Positions 24,336 through 34,728 are shown, counted from the first letter of the stretch. The stretch: 64,000 bases of DNA from Acidimicrobiales bacterium (GCA_050014835.1 JBEKCO010000003.1:733-64732); one strand, 5' to 3'. A program made the numbers and translations. Notes: generated from the sequence alone by a model not told the origin.

Positions 24336-26009
24336 CTAGGCCGAGGACGCGACGGCGAACCAGTCCGAAGGGAGTTTGAGGCTTGACGCGAAGCTCAAAC
24401 CCGTGACCGTCGTCGTCGACGTCGTGCCCGATACGACAATGAGCTCGACCCGGCCGCCGAACGATCCCCGCCGATTGCGCGAGATGATCGAGACACCGAC
24501 GACCCGCCCAATCCCGCGGAAATCCCGGTTGACGAGCGCGGCTGAGACCGAAGTCCGCCAGGTGTGGTTCGGATTGCACTCGAGTGGATTCCCCTGCACC
24601 ACGCAGACGTCGCCCACATCCGGAACCGCGGGAAAGGCGCTCTGGGCGGTCCACCCCCCGGACGAGGCGGAGTACGAGGTGAGCGCGACGGCACCGGTCG
24701 AGGTCTCGGCGCGCACCTCGCCCGACGTGGCCGCGACCGCGGCGTTGGTCAGGGGCGATTCGAAACGCTCGCCGACATACGCCTCGCAGACCGTGTCACA
24801 GACGCTCGCGTAGCCCTCCCAACCACCGGACTCCATTTCGGACACGGCGTAGGAGCGGGACGCGATCGCCTGCGCCTCGAGGGTCTGAAACCCCCAGGCG
24901 TGGCCCTGCGGGGCTCCGGTGAAGGCCCCTGCGGTGCCCCAGGCCGGCGACTCCTCGGCGGGGACGACACCGTCGAGATACGACTGCAGCGGAAGGACGT
25001 TGAGCGTCCGCTCGTATCCGGTTCGGTCGTACGCCTCGATGTCGCCACGGACGACCTCATCGATGCCGTCGTATCGGCACAGCGTGAGGAGCGTCTCGGG
25101 CGCGGCGTTGGGGCTCGCGTCTGCCGGGCGGATCGTCGGATCGACGTACCCCGTCGCGATCGGCCTCGAACCGCCTGCGGCCGCCTTAGCCGCGCTGCAC
25201 GAGGCCCCCTCGTACACGCTCCAAGTGCCGGCGCGCGTCAGCCGGAGGTCGACCGCCACTCCGGCCCGGACAGTGAGCACCCGCGACGTGACCGTCGACG
25301 TGGTCGTCGGCGGCAGCGTCGTGGCCGATGTCGTCGTGGCCGATGTCGTCGTGGCCGATGTCATCGTGGCCGATGTCGGGGAGGTCGTCGTGGTCGGAGA
25401 CGTGGTCGTCGTCGTTGACGTCGAGGATGTGGTCGTGGTCGAGGAAGTGGTCGGTGGAATCGTCGTCGTCGAGGACGGCTGTGTCGACGTTGTCGGCGCC
25501 AGTGTCGTCGGAGGCGTCGTCGACGTCGTCGTGGTCGGGATCGACGTCGTGGACGTCGTCGAGGACGTGGTCGTCGTGGTCGGCGGTGCCGATCCCGCGC
25601 TCGTGATCGTGAAAGCCGACGGCGACGTAACGACCGGGTCGTAGCCGACGGTGCCTTTCGCATTGACGTTCTCGAGGATCGCGACCGAGATCACCGGGTT
25701 CACCCCGAGCCTCGATCCTTTGAGACTCGACGCGACCGTCCCTCCGTAGAAGTGGTCGAGGATCTGCGTATAGGTCTCGTGGTAGCGGACCGCGTCGCCG
25801 AAGGCCCCCCACTGGCCCATTCCGAACCCCGGACCGAAACCGTGGCCGACGAAGCTGAACGACGTGACCGGCGGCGCGGTCGCGGCACCGGATGAAGCGA
25901 CCAGGATCGAGAAGGCGAGGGCGGCGCAGGACGCGAGAACAACGCACGTCCGGGGGCGTGGAACACGGCGCGGATGAACTGCACCGTGACGGACGATGCT
26001 GCTGTGCAT
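24336..26009 (-). CDS. Secreted SpoIID/LytB-domain protein with a long Thr/Ser/Pro-rich linker
   Basis: Signal peptide present. C-terminal SpoIID signatures: LEAQAIASRSYAV, VCDTVCEAYVG and TSYSASSGGWTA. The central low-complexity TTTTSSTTSTT...TSATT repeat tract is about 100 aa. Confidence 0.75.
   Translation of the reverse strand: MHSSIVRHGAVHPRRVPRPRTCVVLASCAALAFSILVASSGAATAPPVTSFSFVGHGFGPGFGMGQWGAFGDAVRYHETYTQILDHFYGGTVASSLKGSRLGVNPVISVAILENVNAKGTVGYDPVVTSPSAFTITSAGSAPPTTTTTSSTTSTTSIPTTTTSTTPPTTLAPTTSTQPSSTTTIPPTTSSTTTTSSTSTTTTTSPTTTTSPTSATMTSATTTSATTTSATTLPPTTTSTVTSRVLTVRAGVAVDLRLTRAGTWSVYEGASCSAAKAAAGGSRPIATGYVDPTIRPADASPNAAPETLLTLCRYDGIDEVVRGDIEAYDRTGYERTLNVLPLQSYLDGVVPAEESPAWGTAGAFTGAPQGHAWGFQTLEAQAIASRSYAVSEMESGGWEGYASVCDTVCEAYVGERFESPLTNAAVAATSGEVRAETSTGAVALTSYSASSGGWTAQSAFPAVPDVGDVCVVQGNPLECNPNHTWRTSVSAALVNRDFRGIGRVVGVSIISRNRRGSFGGRVELIVVSGTTSTTTVTGLSFASSLKLPSDWFAVASSA
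25321..25377. repeat. 15-bp tandem repeat (GTGGCCGATGTCGTC x ~3.8) inside the SpoIID-like gene
   Basis: Read directly: gtggccgatgtcgtc / gtggccgatgtcgtc / gtggccgatgtcatc / gtggccgatgtc. On the minus strand this encodes TSATT pentapeptide repeats. Confidence 0.9.
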
Positions 26010-26057
26010 ATTGGTACTGATGTTACGTTCGTCTGCGTTGGCGGCGGCGCGCGATGC

Positions 26058-27179
26058 CTACGGGCTGCGAAGCGCCGCCTCGATCGCCTGGCGGAAGGCC
26101 GCGGCGGCGATGTCGGGCGTGAAACGGGCCGCTCGGGCCCGTCCGGCGGCAATGAGGTCGTCGCGCGCCGTGGGCTCGGTGAGGACGCGGTGCACCGCCG
26201 ACGCGACGAGCACGGGCGACTTGTCGGGCACGAGCACGCCGGCGTCACCGACCGTCTCTGGCACGGCCGCCGCGGCGTACGCCACGACGGGGACCCCCCG
26301 TGCCATTGACTCGACGATCGGCGCGCAGAACCCTTCGTGGTCCGAAAGGCACACGAACACGGTCGCCGCCTCGTAGTAGGCGACGAGCGCCCCGGCCGAC
26401 ACCGATCCCGGCAGGCTGACGGCGTCCTTCAGCCCGAGCGCGACAGCGAAACGGCGCAGCGCGTCGATGTACGCGCTCCCCATCTCGCGCCCGACGAGGT
26501 GCAGCCGGGCGTCGCGGTCGTAGACGCGCCGATAGCAGGCAAAGGCCTTCACGACGTCGTGCTGCGCCTTGTGCGGCGCGATCTGGCCGACGAACAGCCA
26601 ATCCGCGCCGCCCGCTTCTTTCAGCGAGATGAGCCTCCGCAGCGCCACCGGGTCCGGCGACCGCTCCAGGGCGTCACCGTCGCCGAGCAGCGGAACGACC
26701 GTCGTGCGCCCGAACCCGTTCTCGTCGAGCTCCGCCGCGTTGTAGGCCGACCGGGCGATGGCGAAGGGCACGAGTGGGGCGAGCTGCTGCAGCTGCCGGC
26801 GGCCGAGTCGCGACTCCTCGCCGAGGGGCGGGAGCCAGCGTTCGACGAGCGGAGCTGGCGTGATGTTGTGGTAGTCGAGGAGCTTGCGTCCCGGGTGACG
26901 GGCGACGACGTCGCCCGTCGGACCGCCGATCGAGCACTGGTAGAGGATCCACTGGCTCCCGTCTTCGACCATCGGCAGCTCGTCCAGGGGATGGACCCGT
27001 CCCGCGCAGCCCGGACCAATGATCGAGGCGTAGATCTCCGACACGAATCCCATCTCGCGCAGCAGTATCTGGGCGACGAAGGTGTGATTGCTCACCGCGT
27101 CGTGCTCGATGATCGAGGGGATCACCTGGTCGATTCGCGCTGGACGGCCGGGCGCGACTCCCGGTCCCGTCGGGTTCAC
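26058..27179 (-). CDS. Glycosyltransferase family 1/4
   Basis: LFVGQIAPHKAQHDVVKAF ... FVCLSDHEGFCAPIVESMARGVPVVAY is the GT-B C-terminal EX7E region. Confidence 0.8.
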   Translation of the reverse strand: MNPTGPGVAPGRPARIDQVIPSIIEHDAVSNHTFVAQILLREMGFVSEIYASIIGPGCAGRVHPLDELPMVEDGSQWILYQCSIGGPTGDVVARHPGRKLLDYHNITPAPLVERWLPPLGEESRLGRRQLQQLAPLVPFAIARSAYNAAELDENGFGRTTVVPLLGDGDALERSPDPVALRRLISLKEAGGADWLFVGQIAPHKAQHDVVKAFACYRRVYDRDARLHLVGREMGSAYIDALRRFAVALGLKDAVSLPGSVSAGALVAYYEAATVFVCLSDHEGFCAPIVESMARGVPVVAYAAAAVPETVGDAGVLVPDKSPVLVASAVHRVLTEPTARDDLIAAGRARAARFTPDIAAAAFRQAIEAALRSP

Positions 27180-27469
27180 CGGTCCCTCCGCGCCGCCAGG
27201 ACTCCGAGCGGGCGTTCCACGATCGCGAGCACCCGCCGAAGGTACGGTCGCGCCGGTCGCGGCACGAAGAGCCGGGCGACCCGCCGTAAGACGAGCGAAC
27301 GCTCCGAGTAGCGCGGGGCACGCAACGCCACCGTCGCCGACCGCTCGAACGCACGGTCGAGATCGGCAGTCATTTCCGCCGTCCAGAGCCCTGTTGCAGC
27401 GAGATTCCGCACATCGGCGCGAGCCGCGTCGAGGATCGAGGTTGCCGCCCGGCCCGATCGCTCGTTCAC
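27176..27469 (-). CDS. Hypothetical small protein
   Basis: 97-aa ORF with a 4-nt overlap to the downstream glycosyltransferase gene. No recognisable domain. Confidence 0.35.
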   Translation of the reverse strand: MNERSGRAATSILDAARADVRNLAATGLWTAEMTADLDRAFERSATVALRAPRYSERSLVLRRVARLFVPRPARPYLRRVLAIVERPLGVLAARRDR

Positions 27470-27500
27470 GCCGACGCGCCGCTCGGTTCGACGCGACTAC

Positions 27501-28736
27501 TCACGGGCTCGTGACCCGGACGGAACCGGGCACGACGACCTCGATGCGCATCGGGAGCGCCACCACGCCGGTTGCCTTGCTCGGGTTCATCACCTCAAAG
27601 TCGCACGCCGGCTCGGCGAGGCCGATGACGACACCACCCGCGTCGCGCACATCGATGTTCACGAGATAACGGCCGTCGAGGAGCGGCAACGAGTCAAAAC
27701 AGAACGTCACGGACCCCGCCCCCGTCGCGAGCAACATGGCCTCCTCGGATCCGCTGCTCCGGGTCGCGAACAACGTCTGATCCTTGTCGGAGAGGATCTC
27801 GATCGCGAACTGTGCGCCGTCAACAGCCGAGTGCACCGCGTACTCGACACGGATCGTCAACGGCTCCCCGGTGACGACATAGGGGCGTTCGCCGATCCCG
27901 GGGTGCTCGACGGTGACCGAGGTGATCTCGACCTGGGGACGGGCCGGAGCGACATCGATGTCGACGCTGACTGGCAGTTCGGCTTCGGGCACAGGGGTGG
28001 CGTCGAGGGCGAGGAGGCCCTCCTTGAACACCCTGATCGCCTCCCCTGGCGGCGCGTAGGTGACGAGATGACCGGCGTCGAACACGAGGATCTCGTCACA
28101 GATCGAGCGCAGCATGTCCGACGAGTGCGAGACGACGACGATCGTCCGCCCGTCCTCCTGGAACAGCTTCACCCGCTCGAGACACTTCTGCTGGAAGCGC
28201 TCGTCGCCCACGCTGAGCACTTCATCGACGAGCAGGATGTCGGGATCCATGCTCACGGCGATCGAGAAGCCGAGCCGCACGGTCATGCCGGACGAGTAGT
28301 ACTTCACCTGGTTGTCGATGAAGTGTTCGAGCTCGGCGAACTCGACGATTTCGTCGAACCGGTGGCTGATCTCCCTGCGCGAAAGCCCGAGGAGCGACCC
28401 GTTCAAGAAAATGTTGTCGCGCCCCGAAAGGTCCGGCTGGAACCCTGCGCCGAGCTCCAGCATCGCCGCGACCTTGCCGCGCACGACGACCTGGCCGAAG
28501 GTCGGCTGGAGGATCCCAGCGATGCACTTCAGCAGCGTCGACTTGCCCGAGCCGTTGCGACCGAGGATCCCGACGGTTGAGCCCGGCTGGATCTCCGCTT
28601 TCACATCGCGAAGTGCCCAGAACTCCTCGTATGGGATGTGCCCGAGGTGCATCAGGCGCTCTTTCAGCGACGAATACTTCTCGAGATAGAGGTGGAAACG
28701 CTTCGAGACGTTCTGGATCTCGACCGCGGAGCTCAC
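27501..28736 (-). CDS. Polysaccharide/teichoic-acid ABC exporter ATP-binding protein (Wzt/TagH-like) with a C-terminal substrate-binding-like domain
   Basis: Walker A is GRNGSGKSTLLK, the signature is YSSGMTVRLGF and Walker B is ILLVDEVLSVGD. There is an extra ~160-aa beta-rich C-terminus. Confidence 0.85.
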   Translation of the reverse strand: MSSAVEIQNVSKRFHLYLEKYSSLKERLMHLGHIPYEEFWALRDVKAEIQPGSTVGILGRNGSGKSTLLKCIAGILQPTFGQVVVRGKVAAMLELGAGFQPDLSGRDNIFLNGSLLGLSRREISHRFDEIVEFAELEHFIDNQVKYYSSGMTVRLGFSIAVSMDPDILLVDEVLSVGDERFQQKCLERVKLFQEDGRTIVVVSHSSDMLRSICDEILVFDAGHLVTYAPPGEAIRVFKEGLLALDATPVPEAELPVSVDIDVAPARPQVEITSVTVEHPGIGERPYVVTGEPLTIRVEYAVHSAVDGAQFAIEILSDKDQTLFATRSSGSEEAMLLATGAGSVTFCFDSLPLLDGRYLVNIDVRDAGGVVIGLAEPACDFEVMNPSKATGVVALPMRIEVVVPGSVRVTSP

Positions 28737-28742
28737 GTGGAC

Positions 28743-29735
28743 TCAGAGCTCCTCAGCGAAGTTGCCGCTGATACGCCCGAAGATCAGCATCGCGCCGAAG
28801 AACAGTCCGATCGAGACGACGAGAAGCCCCCCGAGCAGCTCCAGGAAGAAGTGGTACGGGTAGTTCGCGAGCACGACGTAATGCGGGTTACCGGTGATCT
28901 TCACGAACACATGGCCGTATATCGCCCGCTGGAACGCGATCACGACGGTCGTGATCGGGTTGGCGAGGTACAGCTTCTCGAGCCACCCGAGATTGTGCCG
29001 GGCGAACATCCCGTAGACGAGGTCGTAGCTGTAGATGATCGGCACGCCCCAGAACCAGGCGTTCAGGAGCACGAGGATGAGGTGCTCGATGTCGCGGAAG
29101 TACACGTTCACGGCCGACAGGAACACGGCGAGCGCCGCCGAGAAGACGATCAGGTCGACGAGCGCGAACACGGCGATCGGCAGGTAGCTCCAGGCAGGCG
29201 AGTACTGGAACCCGACGAGGAACACGACGAGCACGAGGGCCTGGAAGAAGAAGAACACGGTCGCCGTGCCCACCTGCGAGAGGGCGAGGATCTCGCGGGG
29301 GAAGGCGACCTTCTTCACGATGCCCGAGTTCGCGACGATGACGCTCGCCGAACCGGTGGTCGCCGTCTGGAACAGGTTCCAGATGAGCAGTCCCGAGAAC
29401 AGGTAGAGCGCGAAGTACGGAGTCGGGTTCTTCAGGAAGTACTTGAACACGACGTAGTAGACGAGCAGCACGAACGCCGGGTTGAGCATCGACCACAAGA
29501 ACCCGAGGAAACTGTTCTTGTACTTCACCTTCAGGTCCTTGCGGACGAGGAAGACGAAGAGCTCGCGGGCGTTCCAGAGCTCCCGCAGCCGCGCCCGAAG
29601 CGTCACGCGTGACGAGACGATTCGGGCCACCAATTCCTGGCCGTCCCCGCCCCGCCCCCCGCGGGGGACGAAGGAGCGCTGGCGCGACGACACGCCGACG
29701 ACCGTCGGCACGTCGGTCTCGCTCACCGTCCCCAT
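28743..29735 (-). CDS. ABC-2 type polysaccharide exporter permease (Wzm/TagG-like)
   Basis: Six hydrophobic segments and the ELWNARELFVFLVRKDLKVKYKNSFLGFLWS motif typical of ABC-2 permeases. Adjacent to the ATPase gene. Confidence 0.8.
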   Translation of the reverse strand: MGTVSETDVPTVVGVSSRQRSFVPRGGRGGDGQELVARIVSSRVTLRARLRELWNARELFVFLVRKDLKVKYKNSFLGFLWSMLNPAFVLLVYYVVFKYFLKNPTPYFALYLFSGLLIWNLFQTATTGSASVIVANSGIVKKVAFPREILALSQVGTATVFFFFQALVLVVFLVGFQYSPAWSYLPIAVFALVDLIVFSAALAVFLSAVNVYFRDIEHLILVLLNAWFWGVPIIYSYDLVYGMFARHNLGWLEKLYLANPITTVVIAFQRAIYGHVFVKITGNPHYVVLANYPYHFFLELLGGLLVVSIGLFFGAMLIFGRISGNFAEEL

Positions 29736-29909
29736 GACGCCTCACACCTCTTATGCTGCCGGCGATCACGGGTCGCGACCGCCAGGGCGCGTGCCTAGCT
29801 CATCCCATGTTCGCCGATCGAGGCGACGGTATCGGACTGGTGTTCCGGGGCGCCGCCGTACTCCGGACCAGCTCTGATTTATCCTAGTGGCCGGGCTTTC
29901 AGGTGGGCG

Positions 29910-30260
29910 GTGCATGCCGGCGTCTACCATCGAGATCCGGATCATCGGCACGAAGGAGTCGCCGTGGACAAGGTGCGGGTCCGGTTGTGGCGCAAGACAC
30001 GAACCGCGGCGTCGCTCCCGGGCCGGGTCGCAGCGAACGAGGAGAAGATCGAGTCGCTCGAACGTCACGTCTCGCTGAAGATCGACGAGATGCGCTCCGA
30101 GCTCGCCGAGATCCGCTCGCTGCTGCGTACGCAGATCGAAGGCGACGCCGAGGCGACTGAGCTGCTCGGACGGCTCCTGCAGGCTGCGGAGAAGCGCCTC
30201 GGGGAGCTCGAGGAGTCGGTCGCCACGACGGCCGCCAGGGCCGACCGCGCTCCTCGATGA
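29910..30260 (+). CDS. Hypothetical coiled-coil protein
   Basis: Heptad-like EEKIESLERHVSLKIDEMRSELAEIRSLLRTQIE. Its stop overlaps the start of the downstream glycosyltransferase (ATGA). The start is uncertain. Confidence 0.35.
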   Translation: MHAGVYHRDPDHRHEGVAVDKVRVRLWRKTRTAASLPGRVAANEEKIESLERHVSLKIDEMRSELAEIRSLLRTQIEGDAEATELLGRLLQAAEKRLGELEESVATTAARADRAPR

Positions 30261-32746
30261 CTCCCGGCCGGCCCCCGGAGTCGGCCGGGACGGTCGTCGT
30301 CGACCTTCAGGCTCTCCAGAGCCCGAGTTCACGCACCCACGGCATCGGCCGCTACGCCACGAACTGGGCCCTCGCCATCGAACGACTGCGACCCGATCTG
30401 GTCGGGACCTACCTGCTCAATCCCGATCTGCCGCCACCCGGCCCGATCGAGGAGCTGGTCTCCACGGGCAAGGTCGCCTACCGCGGCGCGCCGGACGCGA
30501 TCAGTCCGCAGGCGCGCGTCTTCCACGCCCTTTCGCCGTTCGATCTTGCGGTCGAAACGAGCGCCATCTGGCCATCGCAGGCCGACGCGCGTGACCTCGT
30601 GCTCTCGGTCACCGTGTACGACCTCATTCCGGCACGCGACCCCGCGACCGAGCTCGTCGACATCGGTGAGCGCCGCCGCTATCGGACGCGCCTCGAACTC
30701 GTCCGCTCGGCGGCCGCCCTCCAGGTCCTCTCCGCCGCGGTCGGAGAGGACCTCGTCACGCGACTCGGTGTCGCGCCGCAACGGGTGCACGTGGTCGGCG
30801 CGGCGCCCGACGACCGTTTCCGCCCTGCGCCGTCGCACGACGCCGCGACCGAGCACGCGATCCGTCTCCTGCGATCAGCGGGCCTCGCGCGGCCGTACGT
30901 GCTCTGTCCGAGCGGCAGCCACCCTCGGAAGAACAACGAACGGATCGTCGGGGCGTGGTCCCGCCTCGGAGACGCGGTGTGGGATCGGCAGCTCGTCATC
31001 ACCGGCGAGCTACCGGAATCGACCGCCCACCATCTCCGCCACCTCGCGTCCCAGGCCGCCGTCGCCGATCCGGTGGTCGTGACGGGGTTCGTCGGCGACG
31101 ACGACCTCGTCGCCCTGTACCAGGGAGCAGACCTTGTCTGCTTCCCGTCGCTCGCCGAAGGTTTCGGCCTGCCCGTCGCCGAAGCCCGCGCCTGCGGCGC
31201 GACCGTCGTCTGCTCGGACCGCCCGCCCCTCGACGAACTCGTTGCGCCGGAGAACCGGTTCGACCCTGAGGACGTGGACGACATCGCGCGGGTGATCGCC
31301 GCGGCGCTCGGCCGTCACGACCCGGGCGCGGCGCCGTCCCGTGAGCTCGGCCGCATCGCGAGCTGGCCGGAGGTCGCGGCGCGCAGTGCAGAGGTTTTCG
31401 AGGATCTCGTCGCCGGGTCCGCGAGGCGGGCGCGCCCGCGGGGAGGGCGCCAGCGTGCGCTCCCCCGCGTGGCCTTCGTCACGCCACTCCCGCCGGCGCC
31501 TTCCGGCGTCGCCGCCTACAACTTCCGCCTCATCGAGGAGCTCGTCGCGACGAACGAAGTCACCCTCGACGTCTTCGCCGACGGACCGACGCCCTCCCCG
31601 ACCGCCCCCGCCGGCGCGCCGGTGTACGCAGCACCAGCGCTCGCCGCGATCGAGCGGCTGACCGGGCGCTACGACCGGGTCGTCTACACCCTCGGCAACA
31701 GCCACCATCACCTCGGAGCGCTCGCGCTCCTCCGCGAACGCCCGGGCGTCGTCGTCAGCCACGACGTGCGGCTGACGAATCTCTACCGTCACGAGACTGG
31801 GGACCCGGGCCTTCTGCCACACGGCCTGGCGGGCCGGATCCGCGAGATGTACGGCGAATCCCTGCCGCCGCGTCTCGGCGCATTCAACGAGGTCGGGGCG
31901 GAGGATCTCGCCCGCTACGGGCTCCTCATGGCACGCGAGGCGATCGGGTTGTCCGAGGTCTTCCTCGTCACGTCGCGCGCCGCCGCGGCGCTCGCCCGAG
32001 TCGACGCCGGACCGCTTCTCGCGGGACGCGTCGACATCCTCCCGTTCGCCATCGAATCGCCCCGGGACAGCCGGTCGGCCTTCGCCGAGACGACCGAGGC
32101 ACCGGATGGCTGCCCGATCGCCGCCAGGTGGTGGGGTCGGTCACCGGAACCCCGGGATGATCAATCCGTCGTGGCCCACTTCGGGATCGTCGACCCGGTG
32201 AAGGCCCCGGAGCTGTTGGTCGACGCCTTCGCGGCACTCGTCCGGGGGGCGCGGCACGACGACGCCGCGATGCTCGCCTTCGTCGGGCCGGTCTCGCAGG
32301 ACCTCGCTCGCGCGCTCGCCGATCGCGCCTCGGCCCAGGGGATCGGAGACCGGCTCGCGCTCACCGGACCGCTGCCACAGGAGCGCTACCGCGCCTGGCT
32401 CGCCGCGGCGACGCTCGCCGTCCAGCTGCGCCGGTCCTTCAACGGCGAGGCCTCCGCCGCGGTCGGCGAATGCCTTGCTTCCGGGGTGCCGACCGTCGCG
32501 ACGAACCTCGGTTGGCTGCGCGAGCTGCCCGGGGCGGCGGTTGAGCTCGTCCCGGCCGCCGTCGACGCCGAGGGGCTCGCCTCCGTGCTCGCCGGCCTTC
32601 TCACCGACCCGGCGCGCCGCAGCCTCCTCGCCGGGGCCGGTCGCGACTTCGCGGCGCACCAGACGTTCGCCGCCACCGCCCATGCGCTGCTCGCCGCGGT
32701 CCTCCCCGAACGCGCCATGGTCGGCGTCCCGCGACCCGGGGCCTGA
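30257..32746 (+). CDS. Large two-domain glycosyltransferase (tandem GT1/GT4 modules)
   Basis: Two GT-B C-terminal signatures: CFPSLAEGFGLPVAEARACGATVVCSD and later RRSFNGEASAAVGECLASGVPTVATN. Confidence 0.7.
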   Translation: MTPGRPPESAGTVVVDLQALQSPSSRTHGIGRYATNWALAIERLRPDLVGTYLLNPDLPPPGPIEELVSTGKVAYRGAPDAISPQARVFHALSPFDLAVETSAIWPSQADARDLVLSVTVYDLIPARDPATELVDIGERRRYRTRLELVRSAAALQVLSAAVGEDLVTRLGVAPQRVHVVGAAPDDRFRPAPSHDAATEHAIRLLRSAGLARPYVLCPSGSHPRKNNERIVGAWSRLGDAVWDRQLVITGELPESTAHHLRHLASQAAVADPVVVTGFVGDDDLVALYQGADLVCFPSLAEGFGLPVAEARACGATVVCSDRPPLDELVAPENRFDPEDVDDIARVIAAALGRHDPGAAPSRELGRIASWPEVAARSAEVFEDLVAGSARRARPRGGRQRALPRVAFVTPLPPAPSGVAAYNFRLIEELVATNEVTLDVFADGPTPSPTAPAGAPVYAAPALAAIERLTGRYDRVVYTLGNSHHHLGALALLRERPGVVVSHDVRLTNLYRHETGDPGLLPHGLAGRIREMYGESLPPRLGAFNEVGAEDLARYGLLMAREAIGLSEVFLVTSRAAAALARVDAGPLLAGRVDILPFAIESPRDSRSAFAETTEAPDGCPIAARWWGRSPEPRDDQSVVAHFGIVDPVKAPELLVDAFAALVRGARHDDAAMLAFVGPVSQDLARALADRASAQGIGDRLALTGPLPQERYRAWLAAATLAVQLRRSFNGEASAAVGECLASGVPTVATNLGWLRELPGAAVELVPAAVDAEGLASVLAGLLTDPARRSLLAGAGRDFAAHQTFAATAHALLAAVLPERAMVGVPRPGA

Positions 32747-32755
32747 ACCGAGCCC

Positions 32756-33517
32756 TCAGGACCTGTCCGTCGCGGAGATCCTCTCGACGAGACGGCGACA
32801 GAGCGCGATCGCCCCGCGCACGAAGGCTTCGGGGTCGGGCGCGCGACTGCGGTCACCTGCGAAGGGCGATCCCGGAGCGGCGCCGATCTCGCCGCCGAGC
32901 GCGACGCGGGCGGCGCGGGCGGCGCGGTCATGCGCGGACCGTGCCCGAACGAGCTCGAGCACCTCGGTCCGCGGATCATCGGCATCGGCGGCGGCCCATC
33001 CCCGGGGGACGTGGACGCGGCGCTCCGGACGCTCCTCGGCCACGGTGACCCTCTCCTCGGGCAGTCCCCAGATCGCGATGAGCTGGGCGCGGTCCTGCTC
33101 GCTCGCCACGACGACGTGCGAAGCCGTCGTCCAGATCTCGCCCATCGCCCGGCTTCCGATGCCGCCGGGGATCGGCGAATCGGGGTCGAAGCGGAGGTTC
33201 CTTTCGGGGAACATCCGCAACGCCGCCGCGAAGAGCGTCAGCGTCACGGCACGCCACCACCGCCCGGCGCGGGCGCGCAGTGGCAGGCCCTGTTCGAAGT
33301 GAACGACGACGGAGTCGAAGCGGCGCGAGAGCCAGGCGAGCCGCAAGCAGAAGAGCGGGCCTTCGGTCCGGCCACTGCGGTGGGCGGCGCTGCGGTCGTC
33401 GGGCGAGAACATCTCGACGTCGTGTCCCTCCGCGATGAGCGCCGTCGCGATCTCGGCGAGCGCGAGCGCGGCATCTCCGCCGGGAGGAGGCACCGTGCCG
33501 ACGATGAGGATCCTCAC
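32756..33517 (-). CDS. Hypothetical protein (glycosyltransferase N-domain-like start)
   Basis: The GTG at 33517 overlaps the upstream stop (GTGA). It begins VRILIVGTVPPPGGDAALALAEIATALIAEGHDV, like a GT-B N-terminus. The track's 5' extension to 33664 was rejected. Confidence 0.4.
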   Translation of the reverse strand: MRILIVGTVPPPGGDAALALAEIATALIAEGHDVEMFSPDDRSAAHRSGRTEGPLFCLRLAWLSRRFDSVVVHFEQGLPLRARAGRWWRAVTLTLFAAALRMFPERNLRFDPDSPIPGGIGSRAMGEIWTTASHVVVASEQDRAQLIAIWGLPEERVTVAEERPERRVHVPRGWAAADADDPRTEVLELVRARSAHDRAARAARVALGGEIGAAPGSPFAGDRSRAPDPEAFVRGAIALCRRLVERISATDRS

Positions 33518-34728
33518 CGCGCCGTCCTTCCCGTGAGCCCGACAAGCGAGCGCTCCATCGCGTCGAGCACTACCTCCCACGTGTAGTTGCCAAGCACGTA
33601 TTGCTGGCCGCGCGCCGCCATCGCCGCGGCGGCCTTCGGCGCCTCGGCGACGAAACGGAGGCACTGCGCGAACTCGAGATCGCCGGCGTAGGTGAGACCG
33701 CCGCCCGACCGTTCGCAGTGCCAGGTGATCACCTCACCGGCCGCCGAGGCGATGACGGGGGTTCCCGCGAGCCACGACTCCATCAACGTGCGCGAGAAGC
33801 TCTCGTTGGCGCTCGGCTGGACGAGCGCCTCGGCCGCGGCGAAGGCGTTCGGCATCTCGTCGGCGTCGAGGTAGCCGAGGTCGATCACCCGTCCGGCGAG
33901 ACCTTCGGGGATCTCGGGGGCTCCGACGCCGACCGTCACGAGGTCGAAGGGGGCGTCGTTGCCGACGACAGCGGCGGCGTAGGCCGCGAGGAGCTCTCGC
34001 CAGCCCTTGCCATCCTCGCGCCGGCCGGCGAAGAGGACGAAGGGCCGCCGCAGGCCGTGACGCTCCCGAAACCCGGCCGCGTCGTAGGAATCGGGGACCT
34101 CGACTGCCGCGCCCACGACGCCGTGGCGCGGTGGGAGGTCGGGTGCGATTCGGTGGGCGAGCAGGTGCTCGGGCTCAGAAAGGAACCAAACGGCCGCCAC
34201 CGACGCGAGCGTGGAGCGGACGACGGAGAGTCGCGCGTACGGCTCGTCGTGCAGGCACGGCATCACGATCGAGCGCTCGGGGGCGACCTGGGCGCCGTAG
34301 ATCGTCGACCAGAACAGGTACGGAGACAACACGATGACGTCGTAGCGCCGCGCCTCGGCGAGCAGGTGAAGGTACAGCTCGGGCACGCGGAATCGGCTGT
34401 TCACCCAGGCAATCTCCGCCGCCGTGCCCAACTCCTCGCCGCGCTGGACGCGCTGTTCGAGGCCGGAGGCGACAAGCCGACGCCGCGAAGTGACCGTCGG
34501 GAACCGCCGGACGACCACCCCCGCATCCTCCGAGGTCCCGTCGTCGAACTCGTTCGCCCAGCTGAAATGCGACCGGGCGCAGGTCGTGAGGATGTCGACC
34601 TCGTAGCCACGGCGAACGAAACCGCGTGCCGCCTCGGCCATCACGGCCTCGGAGCCTCCTACGACGCCGGGACCGTACCGCGGCGTGACGAAGGCAAGCC
34701 GCACTCGCGTCCTCGCCTTTCGCGCCAT
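33514..34728 (-). CDS. Glycosyltransferase family 1/4
   Basis: Start taken at MARKARTRVRLAFVTPRYGPGVVGGSE. The C-terminal region VQPSANESFSRTLMESWLAGTPVIAS is EX7E-like. Confidence 0.75.
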   Translation of the reverse strand: MARKARTRVRLAFVTPRYGPGVVGGSEAVMAEAARGFVRRGYEVDILTTCARSHFSWANEFDDGTSEDAGVVVRRFPTVTSRRRLVASGLEQRVQRGEELGTAAEIAWVNSRFRVPELYLHLLAEARRYDVIVLSPYLFWSTIYGAQVAPERSIVMPCLHDEPYARLSVVRSTLASVAAVWFLSEPEHLLAHRIAPDLPPRHGVVGAAVEVPDSYDAAGFRERHGLRRPFVLFAGRREDGKGWRELLAAYAAAVVGNDAPFDLVTVGVGAPEIPEGLAGRVIDLGYLDADEMPNAFAAAEALVQPSANESFSRTLMESWLAGTPVIASAAGEVITWHCERSGGGLTYAGDLEFAQCLRFVAEAPKAAAAMAARGQQYVLGNYTWEVVLDAMERSLVGLTGRTAR

